Positions 44,296 to 59,656 of a DNA stretch of 64,000 bases are shown one piece after another. Both the position numbers and the translations under genes were made by a program. Within the stretch, counting starts at the first letter, position 1; each line of letters opens with the position of its first letter. Source of the stretch: the human T2T-CHM13v2.0 reference genome, Homo sapiens; NCBI RefSeq assembly GCF_009914755.1, contig NC_060936.1; one strand, 5' to 3'. Below the pieces are notes generated by a model. The model was not told the DNA's origin. It saw nothing but the letters and a program-made list of their open reading frames with translations, and searched no databases.

Positions 44296-44767
44296 TCACA
44301 GATTTACAGTCCATATCCTAAGAGAAGAGCTACTTCCCAAACACCCACATCTCAGAAGACTAGGGTGTCTTTCAATCATTCTCTCTTTTATTATCTACTC
44401 TTAACCTGTTTAATGATTATTGAAGCTTATTTATTAATATGTTATGTTAAAATGTCCCCAACATAAATCAAAACATTAAAACAACCATAAATTTGTATAA
44501 AGTAAGTAAACAGCCTAGGCAGATATCGGTATGAAAAAACAAAACAAATAACAATATTTAACATTATGAGACAAATTAACATATAATGTGGCCAAAAAGT
44601 ATTTACAAGCTACATATAACTTTTAAATAAAAGGCACAAACTTTGACTTGCAAAAACAAAACAAATAAATAACAAAAAAGGGTTTAATACGGCTTCTATT
44701 TTTTTTCTTCTAAAGGAAAAGATAAAAACCCATTTTGAAGATTTAGCTTGAACTTTCATTTGAATTA

Positions 44768-44974
<207 letters not shown>

Positions 44975-45363
44975 TTATAAAAGAAGAAAATAAAAATCCT
45001 GGTGCTAGGCCAAAATATCAGAATTCTAGCTTTCAAGCAGACCATAAAAACCATCAACTAGGTATTTTTATTCACTTAGTAGTTATTAGAAAAATTTCCT
45101 GGAAAAACCAACAACCAAAAGGTGAATGAGATAAAGAGTGTTCATTTTGGTCAAGGACAATGCTATTTGTATTAGGTAAGAATGGAAATCACACAATGAC
45201 TAAATCCAGTAAGAGAAGTAACTCATTTGTTTAGCACATAAGCCTTGGAAGGCAAATGTAGGTCAGTGGTCACAGAAGTTTCTTTCATCAAGTATGAAAT
45301 AGAGAATGTTAAGAGTTTTCTGTCATGGTTTAAACAACTTCCCAAAATGAATTTTTGCCCTTA

Positions 45364-45498
<135 letters not shown>

Positions 45499-45909
45499 CT
45501 AAAATGTGATTTGTAAAAATTAATAGCACAATATTGGCAAAACAAACTGACTCCCTCATTGAGAGAGGCTGCTGGAGTACAAAGTACGGAAACATAAAAA
45601 AATTCACTTGTCATCAGTATAAAAATGTTAAGGTTATTACAGAGTAATTTTGTCTTAAATCAAAAAGTATTTCATCTCTCATAGTATTCTACCCCTGACT
45701 CCCCAACACAATGCTTTCACAATACATAAGATTGAGAGTTGTCAATATTTTATAGCTTGTATCTCTGAAGAAACATCTTCAAAGAAATAGATTAAACAGA
45801 ATGCATCATAAGCAGTTCACTTTTCTACAAGTAAGTTAGTAAGTTATCATCAACCAAGAACAACCAAACCTGGTGACTAAAACTGACAAGTTCATTCTTT
45901 CATACTTAC

Positions 45910-46000
45910 CACTTCTAATTCATTGTTTTCTCTTTCCGAAACACCCTTTTCTTCTTTCTTCTCTTGGTCAGTGTCTGTATTATCCTCTTTACCAGCCACA
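45910..46000 (-). CDS. KIF21A: KIF21A exon 13 (91 nt)
   Basis: tttttag|T GTG GCT GGT...GAA GTG|gtaagt; [20 protein letters not shown]...ELEV. Confidence 0.96.
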
Positions 46001-46964
46001 CTAAAAAAAGGAACATAAGGGTATGGTGTTAAAATAGAAAGGAAAATTATTCACTTTTTCTCCCTCAGATTTTTAGAAGCCATCAATGATTTGTGAAAAC
46101 AAACTTTAAATGTTGGTCACTTAACTGAGCAAAGCTATTCTATCTGATGCTTCAGAGAAAAATGGAAATTGCCAATCAATCAACAGTGTAATGATTTATA
46201 TCACTGGAGAAAAGCTTATTTTCAGAAAACACTGAGGAATAGATTATGCCCGAAAGCACGAGACCTCGACACCCCTAAGAACTAGTCACAGTAGCAGCCA
46301 ATTAACTAGAATGTAAGGCAATTTAAATTGAAAAGAAATCAAACATTTTTGTTTTCTCATCTGAATACAAAAAAACTTCTCTCATATAAATACAAAGATA
46401 TAAAAAACTACATTTTCACTGATGTCCTAATACATTTAAGAGTAAATTTAAAGTTCCAGTTTAAATCTGCCCACAGTAAGCTTGTCTACACTAGCTATAT
46501 CCATCAGTATTTTCAGGTCTCCTTCAGGTAGTGGCACAGGCTCTTTTTTCTTAGGCTGCCCGTACAGCACAAGGCTACTTCTCATTATGGTCTCACACAA
46601 TGTGTCTTTGCATACCAAAAACTGTCTAATGTTCAGGCTGCCCTTTGATTGAATAGAAAATTTCAGGGTCTGCCGCAAGATTCACCTTATAATTGGAAGC
46701 TCTCCTCTTAAGTTACCTAGTACCTACAGCCATAACTACACACATACCAGGGAATGATTATAGCTAAATTAATTCAGCCCTGGTGGCCCTGAGGAAAAGA
46801 GAGAAGTTTCGTACACCCAAATAACTCGAATCCTTTGTGGGTTTAGCAATCAACTATGCACAGAAATTACACTATTGATCACTAGACTCACATATTTAAT
46901 TAAGCTAAACAACATTAAGTGAACTTTAAATGAATCTATATATGAACTATTTCCTTTTGTGCTA

Positions 46965-47252
<288 letters not shown>

Positions 47253-48851
47253 TTAATTACAATAAATTTAAAAAATAAATAAATAGAATACTCAAATAAT
47301 GCAATATTCTAAAAGTAAAATTCCTCTACAAAAAAAACTTTACAACTTTATCAGAATAGCTTAATAACAGCTATCATGTTTTCATATATTCTTCTATATT
47401 AAATAATTTCCCTAATACATGGATTGATTTTTAGCTTCTAGGCTAAAAACTTAATCTCATTTAGGCCCTATTATAGCTATAACTTTAATGATTAACTCTA
47501 GGTTTCTATTCTCAGAGATATTTTTCTACTGAGCACTATGAATATAAATACTTTTCCCTTGTAAGGACTTTTCAGAGTTTGTCATTTATGTTTATGTTAT
47601 TATTTATTTAGTGTCTGTATTTCTCACTAGGCAGTCAGCTTCCTAAGGGAAGGGATCGTGTCTGTTTGCCTCCGCATTACATCCCTAGTACCCAGGTCCT
47701 GGCACATAATGAATGTGAAGTAAGTGTTTGTTAAATAAACCAATCCCTGTGACTATGCATGAGCACCTCTGTTTGAACATGCCTATGTGTCTCATGCACT
47801 AGCTCGGTTGGAGCAGAATGGTACAGTTTCAAAGATGCATAAAGATGCATGAGAGACAGCATATATACGGAGAGAGAAGAAAGTACAAGTAGGAGTACCA
47901 ATACAACAGTCTTAACTGGAAATGAATGAAGTAAATTGTAACAGGGTTCCATGAGTGTTGTTAAATCATTTGGATGGAGAAAAATGTGCTTGAAGAAAAG
48001 TAGGAACCACCTAGAAAGAACTCTTATGATAAACAAGAAATAATTTTATGTGATATACTGAATGTCTCTCTTAGGTTGCTTATAATATACTAGGACTGCT
48101 GATTTTCCACCATCATGCAGTTCAAGATGAAAATCTAGAAAGAAATTCCCCTTTCATCCAATCATCAATTAAAAGGCCAGCAGCATGTACTCAAACAGTG
48201 CTATACTTGAGGTTTAGGTCTAAGGTGTAGGGCTAGGAAAGGACAATTTGTAGGGAGACATCTCCCAGCAGGCTTTCCAGTTCCCTCTCCTGGGCAGTCT
48301 CCCTTTCTCACCTGTGACTGCTACAGAATACAGTTTTCATTATTCTCTGTTCTTGTATTACTTCAAGTTCCAATCAAATCACATTATACTTAAGTTTACA
48401 GCCATACAACCACCTTATTCCAAACATTTGACCCAACATATCGTTCTACTCCCCGCTCCAACTCACTGATATCCAGTTAAATGTTCTTTCACTTCTACAT
48501 TAACTCATATATTATAAGTCATTCGTGCCACTTCTGATGTGGAAAAATCAGCAGTCATAACTTTACATTATTAATTTAAAGGCTTAAACTTTTAAAATAC
48601 AAGTTGATAGTTATAATTTTTATACCTCAAATATTGAAGTTTTCCTCAGTAAACCGAGGCAAATTGATATCTAAAATAAGTATCTAAGTAGCAATGGAAG
48701 ATATTTAAATTTGTGCTTTATATAGAATCAGAAGCTTGGGAGCTGGAAGGAACATTAGCAATTAACCCCTTCATTTGACAAACAAAAAGGGAACTGTGGC
48801 CTGGAGAAGTGAATCCCCTCAAGAGAACTAAAACCAGTTATCCTGACTCCC

Positions 48852-49013
48852 AGAACATCTCAAAGTTCAGCTCACAGACTGGAAGCATCTGCACCACCTG
48901 GGAGCTTATTACTTATGCAGAATCTCAGGCTCCACCTCAGTCCTACTGAATCAGAATCTGCATTTTATCAAAATCCCTAGGAGATCTGTACACACGACTA
49001 TGTTTGAGAAGTT
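48852..49013. mobile_element. MER5A-like hAT-Charlie MITE
   Basis: cacctgggagctt...atgcagaatctcaggc...ctactgaatcagaatctgcatttt...tttgagaag. Confidence 0.78.
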
Positions 49014-50341
49014 GTTCTGTAACCACCCAACCACTCTGCTTTTGCTGTCCTTCAGGGATCATGTAAAGATGGGAGTAAACTCCTTTCACTGAGAACATTT
49101 AAAGGACTTGAATATTTTATGGTGATTAAATGCTTCCACACACAACTTTAATGACGCATCTTATTTTTACCTTTCAGAATAGAAGAAATTTCACAATTTT
49201 AATGCCTTAACTTAATTCCAATAATAAACATGTTGTCCTAAATATGTATTGCTTAGGTGAGTTATAGTATGACCAATAAAAAATTAAAATTATAGCCTAA
49301 GTACTTTAAAGAACCTATGGGCTTATGGCATGTAAGTATAAAAACTTTAGAATACTATATAACATACTAAATATAATTATAAAATAAAAATTATAAGGTA
49401 ATTTAAAGAAAAACATTTTAAGCTTTAAGATATTTAAAGTAAGATATTCATTTAACTAATTGCATAGTATAAGTTCTCAAGTTCTTAAGTAAAAGATGAA
49501 TGTCTAAAGTAGGGCTTCCAAAATAGTTAAATATTACCTTGAAACTAGTATATTTTCTTAATCATTTTGACTATGTAATCTAGAGATTTGTTTAGGAAAA
49601 TCTATGAAGAAAACTTCTGATAAGAAGGAAAATACCACTTATCTTTGGTTAAATAATCATAATTCTGAATCAGTAAAATGCAATCAAGAATATTATTCTA
49701 AATTTTGCTCGTTTCAAATGAAAAAAAAGCAACTATCCTGTTTTTGATGTCCACTTCAAATACATTTTAAAAGCAAAAATTGTTTTTCTATTTCAACCTT
49801 AAGAATGTCTTATAAATCTTATTTGTAATAAGGCCACAGTTTCCTTTTGTTTGTTGTCATTTTAATGATTTTTTTTTCCAGTAAAGATTATACCAAATAA
49901 AGAAGAGAGAGACAGAGGCCCACCCATGATTCAGCATGTGCTACAACAAAATGTCAATTTCCACTCTGCTCACAAGTTTCTGTAAGACAAAGAATTACTG
50001 TTGTTTTTTCTTTTTTTAATAAATCAAATGGCAGGGGTTTTAGGGTTATTTTTATCCTACAAAAGGTAAGTCATCATCATAATTATCATAGTTTATTCTG
50101 TAATCACATGAAACTGCCTGAATTTTAATTCAAGTATCTAGTGAAGATTTTATTCTTAAAAAGTATTTTCTTAAAAATTTATTACAGTGTTCTTGTTAGT
50201 TTTATAAAATCAGCATTACTTTTAGGAGCAGCCCAGCTTATCTAGTCTGAAACAATCTATAATACTATAACACATTTCCTTGTGAATGGCAACTAAGTAT
50301 TTAAACGACATTTTAATAAAAAACCTGGGAAATATTCCAAC

Positions 50342-50380
50342 CTTCTTTCTTCTCGATTGCTTTCCTCAAGTTTCTGTAGC
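50342..50380 (-). CDS. KIF21A: KIF21A exon 12 (39 nt, frame-preserving alternative exon)
   Basis: ttttgaag|G CTA CAG AAA...AGA AG|gttgga; RLQKLEESNREER; weak splice sites, phase 2-2. Confidence 0.9.
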
Positions 50381-53300
50381 CTTCAAAATCACGAGGCACA
50401 GTATTGGAAGGCCAAGCCAATGAAGGACAAACCAGACAGTAAAAAGCGAAAGTGATAAGAAGGTAAAAATGATACATGAGCTTGAAGACTTTAAAATAAA
50501 TTTTAAAAGATATCATCAAAGGACAATACACAGTAAAAAGGCAATACATTTGTATGAATAAAAAGTAAGTAGAAAATCAAGCAGCAATATATCTAAGAAG
50601 AGTATATAGACTATCAGTTGAAATTATGCAGCAGCAAAATGTATAGTCTCAATTTATAAAAGTTGATAAGGATTAGGCATGCTTGGATGCCTTTTTTTTA
50701 GTCTGAAGTGGGTCAATTTACTCAGCTTCCCCCAAAAAAGACCACTTTCAATAATATTCTCTTTCAAGCCTTTACAGAAGACCTTTTAATGGCATCATTA
50801 AAAGAATTTCACAAAGTAATGCCTTTATACCATAATATGAAAATACCACTAATACTACATTCTAGGATACTACTTTTAAAAACATACTTTCTGTTTTAAT
50901 ATACTACATATGAATATCAATAAATCTAAAAAAAATCTGATTTCAAAGTTATACATGAAATGGTATTGCAGGCAAATGAATATGGTTGTTATGATATCTG
51001 TGAAAAACTGTAATTTTATTAATTGAAAATAAAATTTCACACTGGGATTAAAGAGTTTACTAATTATTATAAACTAACTACTGAAAGGGCATATCTATAA
51101 AGCAACAGTGGCAAAAAAAAAAGGGGGGTGGGGAGAAAAGTAGTACTTTCCATTAGTAAGATTGTTTTTTAAGAAACATATAAGAAATATCATGTGTAAA
51201 GGGTTTTAAAGATAAAGAATATTCAATATTAAAACTTGGGGATCTTTACTCAATGGAATGTACTGTATACCAGTATTTGTCATGTAGACAAAAAGACAGA
51301 TGTGCTAGGCTCTGATTAAGCATATGGCAACTTTGATATAGAACACTTCCACCCAGAATATTTTTCAGAATTATCAATATTTTAAAATGAAGAGATTGAA
51401 TCAGAGGTATGAGTTATTTTATCAAGCCAGTTCTTTTCATTTTAATTTCATAATGTAAGTGCTCCCATGTGATTCTTATTTATTGGTCTGTGATTGTTTT
51501 CACATCAACTTATATGCCGCCATTATAAGACGAGACTAGCAATCTTTCTGAGAAAAAGTCTACAAATATATACCAGTAATCAAATGGTCCAGTATAGTGA
51601 TTAGAAAAAGCAAAGTAAAGCCACTGCCTAAGAAATCTGTGTGTTTCTAGAGTTTCAACCCAACACCACTAAATACAAATCAGTGCAGTCTGATCGATGA
51701 GTGAAGTTTTTTATGTTGCAAGTCATTTAAAGCTAGATATCCAAAAATATGGGATTTAATGTGTGAATGGTAAATTTTCCTCGTCCACATACACAAAAAA
51801 TGCAAAAAACTTTTATGTCTACTCTACGCCTATACTAATGATAACGAGCTACAATGGCTCAGAGAATGTGATTCCCTCATGAAGAACCCAGATTTTCTAT
51901 TTTCAATATAGAGACTTTTGTTAGCTTATACAAGAAAGCTATATTAAAATATACAGTTGACATGAGCTAGCAAGTACATAAACTTTACATGCCTCCTAAA
52001 TTGCCTTTTTAAAAACCATTCCAATCAATAGTTCAAAAAGACAATGAAGGGACAGAGAAATAAATGAATAATCTAACACCTCTCCATAACTTAAAGGAAA
52101 ACTTTAGTTTTTACTTCACTTAGTTCCCCTACAATGCTTCTTCTACAGTTAAAGAGAATGACAATTCTTGCCAACCATTCTAACATTTGTGTAACTGAAA
52201 GATATGCCACATAGTTTAATTGTTATTTTCTTACTATCTACACCTCTGGATTATTCTACAGATCAACAGAAAATAAGCACAAAAAGGTAGAAGAGCAAAC
52301 CTTAAAACCTCACATATTAGCTATTAGTTATAGTTCTGATACAGACTGACGCAGAAGAAGGTGAAACTTTCAAACAGCATTTGTGGCATCCTCCTTAAAC
52401 ACAAACGCAGCTTCTGGAAAATGATCCAGTTACCACTCTTCCTATCAACTCTTACATTGTCAGAGGCCCTATAGCCACTCCAACCAAAAATCTACAACAC
52501 AAAACAATAAATTAAAAGACACAGAGCTTCCAAAGAATTTGTGAATTCAGTGACAAGGAAAGGAGGCAGCTGTAGAAGCCAGGACAGCTTAGAAGAGCTG
52601 AATCCAAAGGTCAAACAAGCCCCAGACAGGTTTTAGAAACTCACAGCCACAACAAGATAAAAAAAAAAACCAAACAAACAAACAGAAAAAAAACCTTTTC
52701 TACTCTTTTTTTCATTAGATTATGCTGCCTAACATATTTTGTTGTATGGATTAATGTACTCTCTTTAAAAATTCCAAATACCCCTACAAAGGAAGCTTGT
52801 TGGTTATCAGACATTTCCACTGGTATGAATTCCTTTAGTCAAATGGCTTTGTTCCTGAGTTTGAATTTAAGGAGATCAGAGAAAAAAATAGATAATTTTG
52901 AAATTGGGAGTACTTCAGGGTAGGGCAGAATTACGTGAGAACTGGACCACATAAGGGAGGAACGGATCAAGGTAGCATGGGGACACAGGAAGGTCAGTAA
53001 GAACGAATGGCTAAAGCAGAAATTCCCATTTTTCCCCCAAAGATTGGCCTACACCCATGAGAGGGAAAGAAGGTTCTTTCCCCTGTCTTGCCTTTTCTTG
53101 CTCCCTTCTGAATTATTCTTACCATATTATAAAATGGGCAGAAATCATTTTATGTGAGTGAGCTGAGAAATTTGGACATCATGTATTTACAATACTTGCT
53201 AGAGAAAAATCAGTCCAAAGTTTCAATTAATTTTTAATTGAACCTCTTGTATGTGTAAGGTTGAGGTAGACCCACATTTTGCAATGCCCTCTCTGACAAA

Positions 53301-55627
53301 TAAAATAGATAAACATGAAGCATGGAATGTAACTCAACCAGAATCAATGCATCCAAACAGGAGCTATCACTTCCAAGGAGCTCCTGTGGAAAACTGAGCA
53401 CTTTAGTAAAGCTGCTATCCTTCCAAACATTTCTGGAACTCTAGGTTTATTGTATGCTGGTTCTTTACTAACTTGTAGGGACTCCTTTGGCTAAATGAGG
53501 GCTTACCTACATTTTAAAAATAGAAATTGGCATTACATACAGTTAAAAGTTATTGGGATCCAAGTGTGATGAACAAAGTGCTTTATCAAACTAAGTAAAA
53601 CAGGATTGGTTTTCATTTTTTAATTCAAAAAAACATTTGATTATAGTGTGGTAAGACATATTCCATTAAATACTATAAATTTTTATATGTAGCAATAAAA
53701 ATTTATAAATTGGCTCTAAAAATGTTTACAGTTATATGGTATAGTACACAAGAAAAATTTTTTAGATTCACAAATTATATAGGTGTCAGTTTTACAAAAT
53801 TATATAGGTGTCAGTGTACGAAGGTACACTACAGCATGTGTGAAAATGCTCTTAAAAATGTTTGTATATAGCACTCTATAGGTGTATTAATTTTTAGAAA
53901 GTATTAATTTGTTTTTCTCATTCTAAGCTATCTTTCATTTCTTATCTGGCTCACTCACAAATATTTTATCTCTAATTATGTGTCTTTTTGTTAGGAAATA
54001 AATTATTTTCTTCACTTAGGCTTTTATGTTTAAATCCAGTTGTTTGATGAGTTCTTATTAGTATTAACATCTATTATTTTTATTGTAATAATTATTACAA
54101 CTACATAATCACTGAATTAGTCACAACCGCTATTAAAATGTTAAAAACAGCCTAGATTTCTATTGGGATCCTTATTTATTTTTCATTAGTCATATTCAAC
54201 AGGTGATTAAGGAAATATCTCTAAATTTACCTCAAAAGGAAAAAGCAGTATCAGTTGTGACCTTAAAAAATAAACTTTGCTTATACTTACTTATTATTTA
54301 TGAATACAAATGACCTAGACCTTTAAAAACAAGTCATACCATTTGACATTTTGACCAACTACAGAAGTGGATTTTACAAGTTAAGTGATAAGTCATGTGC
54401 AAAAGTCTTATGTTAATTCAAGCAGTAAACTGGGTAACACTACTTTCGATAATCTTATGATCATTATTTCAGTTTCAATTGCCCTCCATAAGGGAAGAGC
54501 TAATCATTATACATTTCTTAATGCTGCCATAATCAATGATCCATGAAAACATCTAAGACATTAATATCTCAAGAGTGCAATTTCAATTGCAATGCCTACT
54601 AACCATAATGTATAATTCCTTGCTTTAATTATTCTTTTTAAACTCAGGAACACAAAGCAGAATTGGAAGAATTTAAACTTCCAATGACTTTGATCAACTG
54701 GCTGCTCCAGGAAGAAATGCCTGGCTACCTAAATACATTTTTAAATAAACTGAGCAAAGCAGCAGGTAGGCTAAACGTCTACATCAATTCTACAAAGCAT
54801 TCCTCCTGTAACAAACCAGGTGGCAAATAAGATGATTTTGCTTCCTTTTGAATATCTAGCCAAAAATGTTTAAATTTAATTTGACTGGCATGCTCAAAAT
54901 ATAGTCTCTGTAAGCAATCTGACTGCACCATAGAATCAGTGTGTAAACATGTAAAGAATTTATGAGAATTTAACCACTTACACATTACAAGTGGTTAAAT
55001 TTTCATTTTCTTCCTCTCCTTTGCACCCGGTTGATTTCAGAGGGACATAGTATCAGGATGCAAAGAAGAGAAAGCCCAGAACAGTGGTGAAAAGCTGAGT
55101 AACTCCTTGTTGGAAGATTCAAAAAGCCTGAAATAGCATAAATAATTTTCACATAATCAAATTAGAAGCCCTGCAGAAAATATTTAAGAGACCAAATGAC
55201 ATTACATGACATTCTGATGGATTAGTTTAGCCTTTAGTTAAACTAATCTAGACAGGGATGAAAATATCCATGAGACTATTTAATTGCATTAGGAAATGGG
55301 GAAAAAATGAAAACACTGAGTTGTAATGGTACAGCAAGCTTTGCTGAAAAGCAAAATGAATGGAATGCAAAAGCAGCTATTTGAAGAAATAATAAAATAA
55401 TTTATAATAGTAATTTTATATTGTCATGTTCTAAATAAAATTCATTACCATGTTATTACAATTAAATCTATTTTTCTTACATATAAGTAGAGATAAACCA
55501 TTAAAAACTAGATAGTTGTAGTTTCAGCTAACATAGTGATTTATTTCATATACTAAGGTACTCATGAGACTATGTATGCTCTTTATAATTGCAAATTAAA
55601 ATACCCTGAAAAGGAAATAGAGATTCA

Positions 55628-56137
<510 letters not shown>

Positions 56138-57077
56138 CAATAAGGCAGGAACATTTTAAATGAGTTAGTCTTCATGCTAAAAAGTTTTCCAAAATGCATT
56201 TCAACATGGCTACAAGATAAGGATTTTTAAACTAAATAAAATTCTCACAAAATAATAAAAATAATCATAAAAGAATGCTCACACACATTAACATTTAACA
56301 ATTTTTTCATATTTCCTGATTGAATAATTATATATTTGTAATCATAATCTTAATACTCAAAAGAATTCTACATATTCAGATGCCAGTGGTAATTAGATTA
56401 CTTGAATTCTGGCCAGCGGACATCAGTTGTCCTTGCTTGTAAACCTATTATTTAAACTTAAAAAATACACAAGCAGCATGCTCCCCTTAGTTTCAGTTCC
56501 TCATTCATCACACAATAGTAGCATTTCCAAAACTGTGCAAGGAATAATTTGTCAAATCTGCCCCAAACTGGCTGACGGACATCTGGCTCCTGAATATAGC
56601 GTGGGAAAAGACAGTATCTCCAAGGAAACTTGAGTTTGATAATTGAAAAAATTCTTTTGTTTGCTCAAGCAGTCCTAATAATGACAGGAGAATAACATAC
56701 ACACTGATCCTCACACATGAAGACATCAAACAATGAAATCCTAAAAGAGCCTAGACTATTGAGACTAAAAGGATTCAGAGAGTCCTCTAGGCCAATTCCC
56801 TTATTTCTACTTGATTTAAACCATCAAAAATACAATTATCTACTTACATATAATAGATTTTCAAGGTTAGTTTGGCACAACAGTGATTGAGACTGAAAAA
56901 TAAGAAGAAAACACAACCTATCTCTCTCTCAACACTATATTACTAAGCACCTTTGCCATATGTTCAAATATTTCAGAGAAAGATGCTAGATTATTTGCAA
57001 CACTAAGCTCTGGAAGGCACAGTCAGCTCAGTGCTTTTCCATTGCCTACCAAAATTATTCATTCTACTCTTGAAATA

Positions 57078-57200
57078 GTTGAGACAGATGGGGTCTCACT
57101 ATATTGCCCAGGCTCGTCTCAAGCTCCCAGCCTCAAGTGATCCTCCCACCTCAGCCTCCCAAAGTGTTGGGATTACAGGAATGAGCCACCCCACCTGGTC
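57078..57200 (-). mobile_element. FLAM
   Basis: gatggggtctcactatattgcccaggct...ctcaagtgatcctcccacctcagcctcccaaagtg. Confidence 0.82.
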
Positions 57201-58689
57201 CTACACATTCTTTAATGAAATTGTTTTATTATATATGTGATACCATATGCGAGCAGAACAATTACAGTGTTTTTAGATGGTTAAATAGCTGTGTGCAAAC
57301 TTCTAGGTTAATTAAATGACTTCAAAAATGTTTTAGAGAAAATTCATATAAAAACTCAAAGTTAAAATTCATGATTATCAAACAACAGAAAAGTACAAAT
57401 AATATATTATACTTTTCTATATTTTTAATTTCTAGCACAAAGCCTAGGTACCTAATAATGAATGCTAAGAATGCATGAAAATATAATAAATCAGCTAACC
57501 ATAATGATCTATATTTTAATTGTCTCCTTTATTATTATGTAATAAATAATGTAGGTATTTTATTTTAAAATTTGTTTTTTACATAATGTTAAAAGTCTGC
57601 ATTTGGTAGGGGCATATCCAATGAGTCTTTGATCTAGTGCTGACAAAGGCCTTTTAGGGATTACCTCCACAAACTCCACATTAACAGAATCTACTTTTTG
57701 TATGGCCTACAGGGAGAACATCTCTCTTTCCCCATCTCTTTCTCTCTCTCTCTTCCCGTTCACTCACCCACCCACTTGGTACTTCCTGCATTTCATTTAA
57801 TAGAGACTAAAGAGTGAGGTATGAGGGCAAGTGTACAAACTTCTTTGGGAAGGAGCACACTGAGGGCTTGCATGCCAGCTGTCATTCATTGGATCTTGGA
57901 CCATCAAGTCTCTAAAAGGCCCCACTCTTCCCTTTGTAAAACTGAGATTAAAAATATATACTTCCCTAGGATTGTTTTGAGAATCAATGATAAAATGAAT
58001 TTAAAAGTCCCCCAACTAACATGATATTTAAAAAATAGTAAGTATTCTTATCATAAAGTTGGAAATAATATAATCATTAACAGCACAGAGTTAAATAAGT
58101 GAATTACAACAGGACAGTACTATATGAAGCCATGCAAAAATCATTGTAGAAACTTTTTAACATTGAAAAATGTTCATAATATATTACCGCTTTTCAAAGA
58201 ATAGATAGCAAAACAAAATATACAGTCTGGTGTCATTTACGTTAAAGTATTCATTGGAAAAATATTGAAGAGATAGATCAAAATGTTAACATCAGTTCTT
58301 AGAATAATGGGAATACACATGATTTTAATTTTCTCTTACATTTTCCTATATTTTCAAAATGTTCTGCAAAATTTTTCATGCCCCAAAAAACACAAGGATT
58401 AATTAATTAGTGATTATTATTATCTCACAAGTAATGTGACATGTAAATTTATTAAAAGGTAACTACTATTCATTTACAATAAAATGATAAGATGAAATAG
58501 AAATATTCCCAAATGGCAATAAACAAACATAAATTTGCATTAAGTTTAAAGAGCTGTGAATAAATGTCTTCCTAAGATCTAATTTTGACAGAAATATAGG
58601 TTGAAGTCGGGTTTAGCAGGTAAAAACAGAACTTGAGAATTTGGACCTAAATATTCGTAACACTTTATACCTTTATGATACCTTTATAT

Positions 58690-58860
58690 TTAAGAACGTA
58701 TATATACTATTATTTTATTTGAGCCCCATAATAACTCTCTGAGATTAGCAGGTATTATCTCATTCTTACAGATGAATAAACTAAAACTCAGAGATGTTAG
58801 GTAACTTGCCCAAGGTCGTACACCTTATTGATAAATAGAAGCTTAAATTTCAATCCAGGT
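58690..58860 (-). mobile_element. MIR
   Basis: ttacagatgaataaact...ctcagaga...ggtaacttgcccaaggtc. Confidence 0.72.
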
Positions 58861-59583
58861 AATCCAATTTGAATTCAAGGTTCATTTATGCTTATCCCAT
58901 ATGTAAATTATAATCCTGGCCTTCTAGAAGGCTACTCCCCAGGGGTGGGACACACCTAATTAAAGAGCCATCAGAGACAAGTTGAGAATCTGGAACAAGG
59001 TATTAACCTACACCAGGAAAGATATGATCAGCAACTGAACTCAGAGCCCATGAGTCATCTCTGTTCTCTAAATGGCTTAAGGAAGGAATAGTCTTAACTC
59101 AAGACTTTGAAGAAGGAAGACATTAGATGCTGCTTTTAGCCACCAGAAGGAGTGGAAGTGATTCTGGTAGTTTTCTAGGAAATAAGCACTAGTCAAGCAA
59201 TTTGCCTAATAGTGACATAAAGCTGAGGTACAAACTTAGAATACAGAGTGGAGGAAAGGAAAGAGAGCATAAGAACTCATATAGGCAATTGGCCTTAACA
59301 ATTGGCAAGTGCCAAAGAAATAAAAGAGAAAAGAGACGCAGCCTAAGAGCAGAAAGAGAAACTTCAAGAATTAAAAAAACAGAGCTATCAGTTGTGTCTC
59401 AAGGAGTGGTAAAGATGGGGTCAACGAAATCAGGAAAGACTGGTCAAAGAACAAATTTTTAGCAGTAGGCAGGGAACAGTACTCTCAACACGGGGTAGAA
59501 ACTGCAAGTCCAGGTTGGTTGCTGAGCAGAACCAGGATGCAGTGCCTCAAAGGTCTCTACCAAAAACATGAAGCATGAACAAT

Positions 59584-59656
59584 TATATATATATATATAT
59601 ATATATATGTTATATGCATAACATTTATAATATATATGTACACACACACATACACA
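59584..59656. repeat. (TA)n microsatellite followed by short (CA)n
   Basis: About 12 TA units at 59584-59608; cacacacacatacaca at 59641-59656. Confidence 0.9.
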
